A stretch of 61,576 bases of DNA, filler included, from a bacterium (GTDB lineage Bacteria; JAMOTN01): assembly GCA_027062325.1 (NCBI GenBank). It is 6 parts of 6 records of this genome, joined end to end, with 100 filler letters (N's around TTAATTAATTAA, not from the genome) between each part and the next. Parts side by side here need not be neighbours in the genome. Positions count along the whole stretch, not along the records: positions 25,506 to 56,332 come from JAMOTN010000049.1; 5 more parts are not named here. The stretch is one strand, 5' to 3'. The translations under genes were made by a program, and so were the position numbers. The notes below the pieces were generated by a model. It worked only from the letters and a program-made list of their open reading frames with translations. It did not search any database and was not told the origin of the DNA. This document shows, piece after piece, positions 29,866 to 40,354 of the stretch (the first letter of the stretch is position 1; every line of letters starts with the position of its first letter).

Positions 29866-30969
29866 CTAAATTTTACCACTTTGATTTATTTCTTCAAACC
29901 ACTCGAAACATTTCCAATAAGTTGAGAAGTAGCGAGTGGATAGGGGCCAATCACTACCAAAAAGCAAGCGTTTTCTTTCAACGTTTTCAAGAAATTCGGT
30001 GAGTTCACGCATAGTAGAAGGTGAATTTTTAAAGTAAAATGTGGCTGATAAATCAATCCAGAATTGACGTTGAAATGGACGATAAAACCTCATTTCAAAT
30101 TCTCTAATCTTGTGGGAACAAACGTGGCAAATCACAAAATCATCGGGGTTTAGCAAAGCAACAGGCGCGAAATTCTTTCCTCGCTCAATCACATCATACA
30201 AATGCTCTTCTGACTTTAATTTATCAACTTTTTCTGAATAAAACTCTTTTATTCTAAAATAAGAGGCTAATACCTCCAAGAACTCGAATGAGTAATCCCC
30301 AAAATCACCCCAAGTGAAGCAGTCAACAAAAAATTTGACATTTTTAAATCCCTGCTTTTTAGCATACTCCTTCAACTTTTCAAGCTTTTCAATAACTTCA
30401 AGAAAATATGAATATATATCTACTTCTTTAAGGAAATTTACCAAACTTGAGGCAATCCCTCCACACTTTTGCTCTCTTCTGCCAAGCTGCCTTTCCACTG
30501 CTCCTTTCAGCTTTTCTTCAACCATCAAGCGTGGATGCACCTTAAAGAAGGCTACCTTAAACTTTTCATTCGCCGTGTTTCTGAAAAAAGAAGCAAGTTC
30601 TTCATCCACTTTAAGCAAGCTGACCGGCAAAGTCACAAATAGATATTTACCTTCCTCTTTTGAACTAGTAGCTGCAAATTTCGATAGAACGTCGGGTCCT
30701 ATTCTTTCATACCATAAATTGAATTCATCCTCTGTGTTGAGAATCAGATTCATTCCAAGCCATTTAGAAAACCAGCTGTTAAATGAGCTTTCATTTCTAG
30801 AAAAAAATATACTGTTTACAAATTTTATAAATTCTCTTCCTTCATCTTCTACATTACCCAAGTGAACGTGCCAATCTACAAAGCCTTTTCTAAAAGCAAA
30901 ATCAATGCCTTTCTCTTTATCCTCAGTAACATTCCTCCAAAGTTCCCTCAATAAATTATCAAACTGCAT
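29866..30969 (-). CDS. Amidohydrolase-family (Amidohydro_2-like) metalloenzyme
   Basis: VDWHVH, FKVHP, ICH, WIDLS and LLFGSDWP TIM-barrel motifs. Confidence 0.75.
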   Translation of the reverse strand: MQFDNLLRELWRNVTEDKEKGIDFAFRKGFVDWHVHLGNVEDEGREFIKFVNSIFFSRNESSFNSWFSKWLGMNLILNTEDEFNLWYERIGPDVLSKFAATSSKEEGKYLFVTLPVSLLKVDEELASFFRNTANEKFKVAFFKVHPRLMVEEKLKGAVERQLGRREQKCGGIASSLVNFLKEVDIYSYFLEVIEKLEKLKEYAKKQGFKNVKFFVDCFTWGDFGDYSFEFLEVLASYFRIKEFYSEKVDKLKSEEHLYDVIERGKNFAPVALLNPDDFVICHVCSHKIREFEMRFYRPFQRQFWIDLSATFYFKNSPSTMRELTEFLENVERKRLLFGSDWPLSTRYFSTYWKCFEWFEEINQSGKI

Positions 30970-30992
30970 CGTTATTCACTCCAAGTGGAACT

Positions 30993-31727
30993 TCAATCGT
31001 TTATTTTTTCCTTCAACTTTTCCAATTCTCTAGCCAAACCTGTTAAATCCAGTATTTTATCATCGTAAAGATAACGCTTTAAACATACTGTCTCATACGT
31101 AGAAAGTTTTAAAGTATCAACACAGTAATACCACATATCTTCCTGCTTTTCTATAAACTCAAGGCGTCTTAGCAATTTAGGAGTAATATCTTCTTTCGAG
31201 ATAAAAACAACTCCCGTATCATCACAAACCATTATTCCACCATGATAACGCTCTCTATCTTTCTCTCCTTCAGGATGCACTGCACGATCAACTTTTTTGT
31301 TGAAGCAACCAACAGGTGAAAAACCGCGCACCCACAACTTGTAATTTGCAGCCTTAAATCGATGCGCATCCCTCAAATTTCCATCAACCACAACCGCTTC
31401 AGCCTGCCTGTAAAGTAACAGATACTTCGATACTAAATCACCAAAAAGTGCCCGTTCATTACACCCATATTCTTTTACAAAAACTATGCATCCCTCAGGA
31501 ACACTTTCGAGTTGCTTATGTAGATACCAGTTAGTTTCATCATGAGCATAGGCAAAAAACACCTCTCCAACACAGTGGAAACCACTGTTTACAGCTTTTA
31601 CCCCTGGAATTACTCCTTTTTTCCCAAGAGCATCCGCAACTTCTGTGGTAGAGACACGATTCCTTCTTATATAATCTATGATCTGCCTCTTCAAGACCTC
31701 CAATTTTTCTCTAGCTACATCATTCAT
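30993..31727 (-). CDS. RraA-like / HMG-aldolase family protein
   Basis: STTEVADALGK, ALFGDL, VVVDGNLRD and DDTGVV motifs. Confidence 0.8.
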   Translation of the reverse strand: MNDVAREKLEVLKRQIIDYIRRNRVSTTEVADALGKKGVIPGVKAVNSGFHCVGEVFFAYAHDETNWYLHKQLESVPEGCIVFVKEYGCNERALFGDLVSKYLLLYRQAEAVVVDGNLRDAHRFKAANYKLWVRGFSPVGCFNKKVDRAVHPEGEKDRERYHGGIMVCDDTGVVFISKEDITPKLLRRLEFIEKQEDMWYYCVDTLKLSTYETVCLKRYLYDDKILDLTGLARELEKLKEKIND

Positions 31728-31776
31728 TTTTTATCCCCCCAGTCACTTTATGAAAATACCTAGTCAATACCACATT

Positions 31777-33102
31777 CTATTCATATTCAATCTTCACAGA
31801 ATTATATACTTCGTCTATCTTATTAGAGAGCTCATCATAATCAGAAGCAAATACTATAAAGTAACCATGACGCTTAGTATCATCTTCAACTACTTTAAGC
31901 TCATCTCCCCTAGAGAAATTTAACCCCCACATGTAACATAACTTTTCAACAGTCGGCTCGACAAGCACTCTCTTGACAACTCCCGGTTCAAAATCAAAGA
32001 AACGAAGCGCAGCACATTTACCAAAAGGAAAAACTTTTTTTACTTCCATCTCAAACCTTTTTCTGTCCAATAGATACCAAACCTGTGCCATCTCGTAATC
32101 GAATCTGCAAACTTGAGGAACAATGTCAGAAGCTATAAAGTGTCCTCCGCCCCGTAAAGCAAAATCTATGAGTTTCAGAGAAGTTTTTGCCCTTGGAAAG
32201 TTGCCATCAGGCTTACCCAACTTAAATTCCAAGTGGACCAAAGCATAAGGAACTTCCCATTTAGAAATAAAATCAGCCTTTGGGTACCTTTCAGCAATAT
32301 CTGCCTCAGGAAGTTTCAAAACTTTCTCAATAAATTCTTTCACCTCTTTTTTTTGCGACTCCGTGAGAAAATCATAGTAATCAAGACCAATAGCAACTGC
32401 TTTATTACGCGCAGAATGTTGTTTTTTCGAAGTAGCAAGGATTGTAAACTCATCATTTAAAACAAATCCCTCAATTGTTATCTCATCCCCACTTTCAAAA
32501 CTCTCAACCAACACCACTTTTTGACGTGAAAATAGAAAGGCATTCTCAACGCTCTGAGAAATTCTTCTCTCAAAAGCCTCTAAAGAGACAAATTGAGCAC
32601 TGTCTAAAATCTCAACTCCCCGTGACCCTTGATTATCCGATGGTTTTACCACAATTTTTAAATGGTTATTAAAAAAGTTTATGGCTAAAACATTTACTGT
32701 TCTTCTCCAATTGTTCTCAAATAACTCAATGAAAAAGCGTGGATTAAATTCTGGAGCAGTAAGTGCCACTCTTCTTCTCACAATATGCTTTAAACGTACC
32801 TGTCTTGCTACCAAGCAAGGAACGTGGAAATTGCCAAGCTCCTCTGCCACGCACGAGGCAACCTTTTGCCCTATATCAGACTGAGTTGAAAAAATATGCG
32901 AACAATTAAGTTCTTTCAAAATTTGCAAAATCATCCTTTCATCATCAAAGCCAAAAAACTCATCAGCTAATTCTCGGCAATGTGCTCTATTATTTCCATC
33001 AAACCCAATGATGCGAAATTCTCCTTCTGCTCTTAGTTTTTCAATGAATCTTTTTTGGCTAAATCCCATTGGAAAAACTGCTACTGGTATAACGTTTCCC
33101 AT
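31777..33102 (-). CDS. ATP-grasp ligase
   Basis: VVKPSDNQGSRGV, VLVESFESGDEITIEG, HLEFK, RGGG, C-terminal RHGYFIV. Confidence 0.85.
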   Translation of the reverse strand: MGNVIPVAVFPMGFSQKRFIEKLRAEGEFRIIGFDGNNRAHCRELADEFFGFDDERMILQILKELNCSHIFSTQSDIGQKVASCVAEELGNFHVPCLVARQVRLKHIVRRRVALTAPEFNPRFFIELFENNWRRTVNVLAINFFNNHLKIVVKPSDNQGSRGVEILDSAQFVSLEAFERRISQSVENAFLFSRQKVVLVESFESGDEITIEGFVLNDEFTILATSKKQHSARNKAVAIGLDYYDFLTESQKKEVKEFIEKVLKLPEADIAERYPKADFISKWEVPYALVHLEFKLGKPDGNFPRAKTSLKLIDFALRGGGHFIASDIVPQVCRFDYEMAQVWYLLDRKRFEMEVKKVFPFGKCAALRFFDFEPGVVKRVLVEPTVEKLCYMWGLNFSRGDELKVVEDDTKRHGYFIVFASDYDELSNKIDEVYNSVKIEYE

Positions 33103-33220
33103 AAATAAGCTTCACCTCATCAAGCCAAACACTACAACATTAATTTAGGCTTTGTTATAATTTAACAAAAATGCCTTAATTATTTTACGCAATCTCACAA
33201 TTTCAACGGAGGGTGAGTAA

Positions 33221-34438
33221 ATGCCCGAGTTTTCTTATAAAGTTAGAACACCTGCTGGAGCAGAGCTTACAGGTACGATTGAAGCAGAAAACGAACAAGA
33301 AGCTAAACAAAAGCTTGAAAGCAAGAATTATACTGTTCTAGAATTGAAGAAACTTCCTGAATACACATGGGAAGAACTGCTTAGCCGCAACAACCGTCCT
33401 ATTACCACAAAGGACTTAATGCTTTTTACAAAGCACCTTGCTGTTCTTGTTAAGGCAGGAATCCCTGTCGTTAAAGCACTGCAAATTCTTGAAAAACAAA
33501 TTGAAAATATTCGTCTTCGCAAAAAGATCAAGAAAATTCGCATGTACGTTGAAGAAGGAAATACACTTGCCAATGCTTTTGCACGTTTCCCCGAAACTTT
33601 TGATAATCTATTTTGCAACTTGATCAAAGTTGGTGAAGAAAGTGGTTTGCTGTACGAGATGCTTACACGTCTTAATGCCTATATTGAAAAAAGTGCACGT
33701 ATTAAAGGAAAAGTCAAATCAGCAATGGTTTATCCCATAGTAGTTATGACTATTGCAACAGGTGTCGTAACATTCTTGATGATATTTGTTATCCCCCGTT
33801 TTCAAAAGATGTTTGCATCTTTTGGCGGAGATCTACCCGGTCCAACAAAAGTTGTCATCGCAATATCCAACTTTTTAAAGAGTAAATGGTATATCATATT
33901 CGGTACAATCGTATTCCTCATATTCCTGTTCAAAAAGTTCAAAAGCACTCCAACAGGAAAAGTTTTATGGGACAAATTCGTGCTGAAGTTGCCTTTATTC
34001 GGTGATCTGGTTGTCAAGTACTCAATGAGTCAGCTTACTGGAAACCTAGCAGTTCTTTTGAGAAGTGGCATATCCATATCGCGTGCTCTTGCCATAATAA
34101 TTGAATCGGTTGATAATGAAATAGTTAAGAAGGAATTTCAACAAATAAAGGAAGACATAGAAGCTGGACGTGCTATTGGAGAAGCTTTTGAACGCTCAGA
34201 AGTTGTGCCTGTGCTGGTTGCTCAAATGGTGGCTGTTGGTGATCAAACTGGAACACTGGAAAGCATGTTGGAAGAGGTAAGTATTTACTTTGAGGAAGAA
34301 GTTGATAATATAGTTGAGGCTTTGATGAGTCTTATTGAGCCAATCATGATAGTCTTTCTTGGAACCATTGTTGCAGGTATTCTCATAGCCATGTTCTTGC
34401 CAATATTCAAAATGGCCAAACTTGCTGGAAAGGCTTAA
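33221..34438 (+). CDS. pilC: Type IV pilus / T2SS inner-membrane platform protein (PilC/GspF)
   Basis: MPEFSYK, FTKHLAVLVKAGIP, GEESG, KVKSAMVYP, GDQTG, LIEPIMI, AMFLPIF. Confidence 0.93.
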   Translation: MPEFSYKVRTPAGAELTGTIEAENEQEAKQKLESKNYTVLELKKLPEYTWEELLSRNNRPITTKDLMLFTKHLAVLVKAGIPVVKALQILEKQIENIRLRKKIKKIRMYVEEGNTLANAFARFPETFDNLFCNLIKVGEESGLLYEMLTRLNAYIEKSARIKGKVKSAMVYPIVVMTIATGVVTFLMIFVIPRFQKMFASFGGDLPGPTKVVIAISNFLKSKWYIIFGTIVFLIFLFKKFKSTPTGKVLWDKFVLKLPLFGDLVVKYSMSQLTGNLAVLLRSGISISRALAIIIESVDNEIVKKEFQQIKEDIEAGRAIGEAFERSEVVPVLVAQMVAVGDQTGTLESMLEEVSIYFEEEVDNIVEALMSLIEPIMIVFLGTIVAGILIAMFLPIFKMAKLAGKA

Positions 34439-34460
34439 ACCTTATAAAGGAGGGGCTTTT

Positions 34461-37400
34461 ATGCAACAGATGCAAAAGGACGAAAAGCAAACTCAAAAAT
34501 CACAAGTTGCTCTTCGAGAAGAAGCTATAATGAATTTTTGGCGTGAAAATAAAATTTTCAATAAAGTGCTGGAAAAACGCCGCAATGAGGGGGCACCACT
34601 CTTTTCCTTTTTTGAGGGGCCTCCCACTGCAAACGGTATGCCGCATGCTGGGCACGTGTTAACCCGTGCAATGAAAGATGTATTCATTCGTTATCGCGAA
34701 ATGACAGGGCATTATGTACCAAGAATTGCTGGTTGGGATACCCACGGACTTCCCGTAGAACTTGAAGTTGAAAAAATGCTGGGTCTTAACAATAAGCGTG
34801 ATATAGAAAATTACGGAGTTGAAAAGTTCATCCAAAAGTGCAAAGAGAGCGTCTGGAAGTACAAAACTGAGTGGGAAAAAATGACCGAAAGAATTGGGAT
34901 GTGGTTAGACTTTGAACATGCTTATATAACTTATGATAATCGCTACATTGAATCGCTGTGGTGGGCATTGAAAAAGTACTGGGAAGCTGGACTTCTTTAC
35001 GAAGGATTCAAAATTGTCCCATACTGCCCCCGCTGTGGGACCGCACTCTCTTCTCATGAAGTAGCACAAGGTTATAAGGAGGTAAAAGAACCTGCCATAT
35101 ACGTAAAGTTTAAAGTAAAGGGGCGTAATAACACTTATTTTATGGCTTGGACAACTACTCCTTGGACTCTTCCTTCAAATGTGGCATTGGCTGTAAATCC
35201 AGATGTTACTTACGTTGAGGTTGAGCATCGCGGTGAAACTTTGATTTTGTGCAAAGACAGACTTTCTATACTTGAAGGCAATTACAATGTGATTCGTGAG
35301 TTTAAAGGAAAAGAGCTTGAATATACGGAGTATGAACCACTTTTCAACTTTGCTAATCCAGACAAAAAATGTTGGTACGTTGTGTGTGCAGAGTTTGTAT
35401 CCACAGAAGACGGTACAGGAATCGTTCACATAGCACCTGCTTTTGGTGAAGAAGACTGGAACGTTGGAAAAGAATACGATTTACCTATGGTAAACCTTGT
35501 AGATCTTCAGGGACGTTTTGTAGAGGGAACTACTTGGGCTGGTAAATTTGTAAAAGATGCAGATCCAGAAATAACAAAGGAGCTTCAAAATCGAGGACTT
35601 CTCTATAAAGTAGAGGAATACACGCACACCTATCCATTCTGTTGGCGTTGCTCTACGCCCCTCCTTTACTACGCAATGAAAACGTGGTTCATAAAAACAA
35701 CTGAATACAAGGACAAGATGATGGAGATAAATCGGAATATAAATTGGTATCCAGAATATATACGCGAGGGGCGCTTTGGGGAGTTTTTGGAAAACAACAT
35801 CGATTGGGCGCTGAGTCGCTCTCGATATTGGGGGACACCTTTACCCGTTTGGACTTGTTCTTCTTGTGGGCACCGCGAGTGCATCGGTAGTGTAGATGAA
35901 CTCAAGAGTATGGCAAAGGAATGGCCTGAAGGGGAGCTTGATCTCCATAAACCGTGGATCGACAAAGTAATATTAAAATGTCCGAAGTGCAGTGGAGATA
36001 TGAAACGCGAGCCAGAAGTTATTGATTGCTGGTTTGACTCTGGTTGTATGCACACAGCGCAATTTCATTATCCTTTTGAAAATAAAGAAGACTTTGAAAA
36101 GAGATTCCCTGCTGATTTTATATGCGAAGCAATCGATCAAACACGTGGGTGGTTTTACACACTTCTTGCTACGAGTGCTTTCTTGTATGGTAAGAGTGCT
36201 TACAAAAATGTTGTAACATTGGGACTTATACTTGGTTCAGATGGACAGAAAATGAGTAAAAGTCGCGGCAATTACGTGCCTCCAGATGAGGTGTTTGATA
36301 CAGAAGGAGCAGATGCTGTTCGCTGGTATTTTTACTCATCAACTGTACCATGGAATGCTCGTATATTCTCAAAAGAGCATGTTCGCGAAGCGAATCGTAA
36401 ATTTCTAAACAAGATAAGAAACGTAGTCAAGTTTTTCAAAATGTACGCAGACATAGATAAAATAAATCCATTCGACTTTGAGTTCAAAATTTCCTCACTT
36501 CCTATGATCGATCGCTGGATTTGGGCGCGTTTCGCAGAAACAGTAAAAAATGTGCGCGAAAATATGGACAAGTTCAACGTCACAGATGCAGCGCAAAATA
36601 TTGAGAAGTTTTTAGACGATTTAAGCAACTGGTATGTTAGACGCTGCCGTCGTCGTTTTTGGCGTGAGGTCGTGGACGAGGACAAGAAAAAAGCTTACTT
36701 TACCCTTCACAGAATTCTCGTTGAGTTCACCAAACTAATTGCTCCTTTTGTGCCGTTTATAGCAGAAGAGATGTACGAGGAACTTGTTAAAAATTACGGC
36801 AAGGGACAGATTAGTATCCATTTAGAAGATTATCCTACTTATCAAGAAGAACTGGTTGACAAAGATCTTCTTCACCGCATGGATTTCTTACGCTTGCTGG
36901 TTGAACTTACACGTGAAGCACGTGGTAAGGCAAAGATAAAGGTGAGGCAACCAATTCCTGCAATATACGTGTGGGCCAAAGATGAAGTTGCACTTTCTGA
37001 AGAAGAACTTTCTCTTATTCTTGAAGAGATAAATGCCAAAGGAGTAGAACTCAAGGATAAAAGCTGGTTTAATAACAAAGTCACATTCCGCCTAACCGTT
37101 AATAAAGCAAAGCTTGGCCCAATTCTTGGATCCGGAATAGTTGAGCTTTCAAACTTGGTAAACGAGAAGCGTGATGAGATCGGTTGGCAGTTAATAGATA
37201 AGGGAACATTTGAATCTGAAATAGATGGACGCTCACTACTTCTGGAACTTGGAGATATAAAACTTGAAGTTGAGGGTATAGAGCCGTTTTTTGCTGCTGG
37301 AAGAAGGAACATTGTGGTTGCTATATCGAGTGATATTCCCGAAGAACTAGTTGTGGAGGGACTCGCAAGGGAGCTAACACATCATATTCAGAACATGCGC

Positions 37401-37604
37401 AAAAAAAATCGATTTAATGTAACCGACAGAATTAAATTATTTGTCTATTCGGATGATGAACTTGTCAAAAAAATGTGGAGAGAGTTTGCAGACAAAATAG
37501 CTTCTGAAGTCTTAGCTGATGAATACAGTTTTGAAAAACATGATGCTGCAAAAGAAGTAAATTTAAACGGCAGAAGTTGTTGGATATACGTACAAAGAAT
37601 TTAG
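34461..37604 (+). CDS. ileS: Isoleucyl-tRNA synthetase (type 2)
   Basis: EGPPTANGMPHAGH, GWDTHGLPVE, WTTTPWTLPSN, SRSRYWGTPLP, DQTRGWF, KMSKS; IleRS2-type C-terminus (EGLAREL...IQNMRK). Confidence 0.97.
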   Translation: MQQMQKDEKQTQKSQVALREEAIMNFWRENKIFNKVLEKRRNEGAPLFSFFEGPPTANGMPHAGHVLTRAMKDVFIRYREMTGHYVPRIAGWDTHGLPVELEVEKMLGLNNKRDIENYGVEKFIQKCKESVWKYKTEWEKMTERIGMWLDFEHAYITYDNRYIESLWWALKKYWEAGLLYEGFKIVPYCPRCGTALSSHEVAQGYKEVKEPAIYVKFKVKGRNNTYFMAWTTTPWTLPSNVALAVNPDVTYVEVEHRGETLILCKDRLSILEGNYNVIREFKGKELEYTEYEPLFNFANPDKKCWYVVCAEFVSTEDGTGIVHIAPAFGEEDWNVGKEYDLPMVNLVDLQGRFVEGTTWAGKFVKDADPEITKELQNRGLLYKVEEYTHTYPFCWRCSTPLLYYAMKTWFIKTTEYKDKMMEINRNINWYPEYIREGRFGEFLENNIDWALSRSRYWGTPLPVWTCSSCGHRECIGSVDELKSMAKEWPEGELDLHKPWIDKVILKCPKCSGDMKREPEVIDCWFDSGCMHTAQFHYPFENKEDFEKRFPADFICEAIDQTRGWFYTLLATSAFLYGKSAYKNVVTLGLILGSDGQKMSKSRGNYVPPDEVFDTEGADAVRWYFYSSTVPWNARIFSKEHVREANRKFLNKIRNVVKFFKMYADIDKINPFDFEFKISSLPMIDRWIWARFAETVKNVRENMDKFNVTDAAQNIEKFLDDLSNWYVRRCRRRFWREVVDEDKKKAYFTLHRILVEFTKLIAPFVPFIAEEMYEELVKNYGKGQISIHLEDYPTYQEELVDKDLLHRMDFLRLLVELTREARGKAKIKVRQPIPAIYVWAKDEVALSEEELSLILEEINAKGVELKDKSWFNNKVTFRLTVNKAKLGPILGSGIVELSNLVNEKRDEIGWQLIDKGTFESEIDGRSLLLELGDIKLEVEGIEPFFAAGRRNIVVAISSDIPEELVVEGLARELTHHIQNMRKKNRFNVTDRIKLFVYSDDELVKKMWREFADKIASEVLADEYSFEKHDAAKEVNLNGRSCWIYVQRI

Positions 37605-37636
37605 AAAAACTTAGGTATTTGTAGGAGGTTTTTAGA

Positions 37637-38620
37637 ATGGGTAAGTTGGATAGAGGAATAAAAAGTGTTGGAAAAGATGTTATAAAAGGTGTTCAAACTT
37701 TTGCTTACGAAAAATACGGCACTGGAGCAGAAATAAAGTGGATTGATGAAAATCATATAAAAGTCAAAGGCAAAAAACATAAGGTTCTAGCAGTAACAGA
37801 AACAACTTTATGGGCTCGTATTAAGTATTTGCTAGGCGCAATAGCGGTTGGATACATTCTATATCTTTATTTTGAATCTTCTCTCTTTCACAAAGCATGG
37901 GCTGAGTTTAAAAAGAGTGGGCTAGGAATATACACCTTTTTCACAGTACTTTTCATCCCGGGTATGACAGTAAATTTATTTATAGGATATCTATACAAAG
38001 CTTTTAATCTTCAAAGTGAATTCATAATTCTTACAAACAAAGCTCTTATCGTTACACGATGGGACAAAGTGTTTAAAAAAGCCAAAGCTAAAACCAAGGT
38101 TACTCCAAGCGAAGAGGAAGAGCTCCAACCTGTATCAATTGCAAATGCTCAACCCGTACTTAAAAAGAAAAAGCGTCCTAAAAAAGCACTTGTGGTGTCG
38201 TACATGTATAACCTCGAAGACATAGATGAAGCAAGCGTACGTCCAACAAAATTATGGTTTGCACCATTCATAAACATGATACACCTTCGCACGAAAGATA
38301 GCATGTTTGGTGGCATCACAATTGAAGAAGTTAAAGATAGAGACGCATTTATTGAGTTGCTCATCAAAGCCATAAAGAAACGCAAGAAAAAATTAGCCGA
38401 AAAAGCAGCTCAAAGCACAGCAGACAAAGCCAAAGAAGCAGCCCAAAAAGTAACATCTTCCGACTCTTCATCTCCTAAGGAAGTGGGCGCCACAGATGCG
38501 GGACAACTAGAAGACGACATAGAAACCGAGCCTTCCGAAGAGACTTCAGAATCTATGGAACATGATGCCGCCGAAGATACTTCCGAAAATGAAGAGAATG
38601 AAGAGGAGGATGAAGATTAA
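37637..38620 (+). CDS. Hypothetical membrane protein with acidic low-complexity tail
   Basis: Two TM segments, possible PH-like cytoplasmic domain (ILTNKALIV), E/D/S-rich C-terminus. Confidence 0.6.
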   Translation: MGKLDRGIKSVGKDVIKGVQTFAYEKYGTGAEIKWIDENHIKVKGKKHKVLAVTETTLWARIKYLLGAIAVGYILYLYFESSLFHKAWAEFKKSGLGIYTFFTVLFIPGMTVNLFIGYLYKAFNLQSEFIILTNKALIVTRWDKVFKKAKAKTKVTPSEEEELQPVSIANAQPVLKKKKRPKKALVVSYMYNLEDIDEASVRPTKLWFAPFINMIHLRTKDSMFGGITIEEVKDRDAFIELLIKAIKKRKKKLAEKAAQSTADKAKEAAQKVTSSDSSSPKEVGATDAGQLEDDIETEPSEETSESMEHDAAEDTSENEENEEEDED

Positions 38621-38629
38621 AAGGCTACT

Positions 38630-40354
38630 TTATCCGGCTTTAAATTCAATCCAGCGGTGAGTAGGCTTTGCATACAGCACTACCCAACTTATTTCTCTCC
38701 TGAAACGTGAATCGTAGTTGATGAATACTATGCGTGGCATGTAAAATTTTCCCTTATTATCGTACCTATTTAACTTTTGGACTACCAAGTTACCATAAAT
38801 GTTTAGTCTAATTCTACCGCGTATGCTGTTTTTAGAGTATATGCTAGCTTTTATACTTCCTGCATCACGAATCAGCCTTATGCCATCTCTCACTACAAGT
38901 ACCATAGCAGAAGACGGATCAGCAGGTTTCAAGTCTCCAATGTAAGCATTATCCACACAGAGCACGCCCTTCCCTGAATAGTAACCATCTAATACCGCAT
39001 CTCCCTTGACATATATAAATCCATCAATTTGAAATGGCTCATTAAAGGAACCCCTCAACTCTATATCTCCATTCACGCGCACATCCGCATTCTGCGGACT
39101 CAAATAGGTAATAAGATTACGAGGATCAAACTCATCTGGATGCTTCACAGGATAGTTTTTAAAAGTAGTCCAAGGAGTGTAAAGATCATGACGTGGCATC
39201 ATATACTTTTCTATTGGTCCCGAAAGATTTGCATAAACTGGTGGCAGCACGTAATAGTACTTGAATATCTTACCCTCATAGCGTGTTGCCCAATACATAA
39301 ATCGGTCATGCAAACGATTATGACAACCTATGTAACCAACTTCTGGCTTATCCCAACGTGGATCTTTTACAAAGTAATTTATTATGTCATCTATGTCAAA
39401 AAACGGCAAATACACATCTAACTCACCGTTGGTTCTAACTCTCCCTGACTTCAAATATGCTTTAAATATCAAACTCATATCCTCTTCTTCTTTTACTTGA
39501 GGCTTAATCTTAGCCAGCAAATTTCTTATAACTATTAACTTATCGTGCAATGTGGCTGCTTTAGGAAGCTGGGACATTATCATATTTATGTATTCTTGCC
39601 TTATAGGAGCAACGCGACTCATTCCATTAGAAACTATGAAAGTACCATACTTTAATACATCACGCTGAGTCCCAGCTATAAATAAAACGTACTTTGGGGC
39701 AACCGGTTGTAAAGCTCTAACACTAACTGGTTTATAAAGTGAAAATTTAAAATTATAGCGTTTTTCCCACAGATGAATCTGAGTAACAGCTACCGCCCGG
39801 TATCCTGCAAGCGGCATCTTCTTCGTCGCATATACTCTTATTGCATCCGGGTAAAGATCAACACGCTTTTTCAACATCCACTTGACAGCGAATTCAGATT
39901 CCGGCTTAGTGTAATTAAAACTGACTTTTGTTTTAAGGTGCCAAGCCATATCCACCTCCTCAGTCTCATATGTCCAATGAACAACTCTGTGAAGATCCAC
40001 AATATTTAAAAACTCCTCAAGCTCTGCAGCCTCTCTTGAAAATGGAACTTTAAATTTCTCATATGAAGTATTTGCAACACGAGATATCTTTTTCTTTATA
40101 TCACTCAAAGCCACCTCTTCCCAGCCAAGTGCCAACCAATAAGCCTGCAACTTTGCAACGTCGCGTAACACAAAGTTGAGTTGTGATTGCCAACTTCCGG
40201 TTACAAACGATATAACAAGAGTCATAATAGCAGTTGAAAGCAAAACAAAAAGTAATATACTTCCTCGCCTGTTGTTAAAATTTATCTTCACAACAGAAGC
40301 ACTTTCTCCCCAAAAACTGTCATTTTCTCTCAATCGATGCTCCATTTGATGCAC
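38630..40354 (-). CDS. PilX/GspK-like minor pilin-type protein
   Basis: RRG|SILLFVLL prepilin-like motif and QAYWLA..G..VA motif; C-terminal beta-helix-like GxxYVxG repeats. Confidence 0.55.
   Translation of the reverse strand: MHQMEHRLRENDSFWGESASVVKINFNNRRGSILLFVLLSTAIMTLVISFVTGSWQSQLNFVLRDVAKLQAYWLALGWEEVALSDIKKKISRVANTSYEKFKVPFSREAAELEEFLNIVDLHRVVHWTYETEEVDMAWHLKTKVSFNYTKPESEFAVKWMLKKRVDLYPDAIRVYATKKMPLAGYRAVAVTQIHLWEKRYNFKFSLYKPVSVRALQPVAPKYVLFIAGTQRDVLKYGTFIVSNGMSRVAPIRQEYINMIMSQLPKAATLHDKLIVIRNLLAKIKPQVKEEEDMSLIFKAYLKSGRVRTNGELDVYLPFFDIDDIINYFVKDPRWDKPEVGYIGCHNRLHDRFMYWATRYEGKIFKYYYVLPPVYANLSGPIEKYMMPRHDLYTPWTTFKNYPVKHPDEFDPRNLITYLSPQNADVRVNGDIELRGSFNEPFQIDGFIYVKGDAVLDGYYSGKGVLCVDNAYIGDLKPADPSSAMVLVVRDGIRLIRDAGSIKASIYSKNSIRGRIRLNIYGNLVVQKLNRYDNKGKFYMPRIVFINYDSRFRREISWVVLYAKPTHRWIEFKAG

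Noticed and set aside
30314-30865. 183-aa plus-strand ORF and the many other short ORFs antisense to or overlapping assigned genes
   Set aside because: Shadow ORFs of well-supported genes, with no recognisable motifs.
25506-33220. CRISPR array near cas10
   Set aside because: No regularly spaced direct repeats seen here or in any other intergenic region of the window.
34461-37604. Acquired mupirocin-resistance ileS
   Set aside because: Type 2 IleRS is the housekeeping form in many lineages; the HAGH motif is canonical and there is no mobile context.
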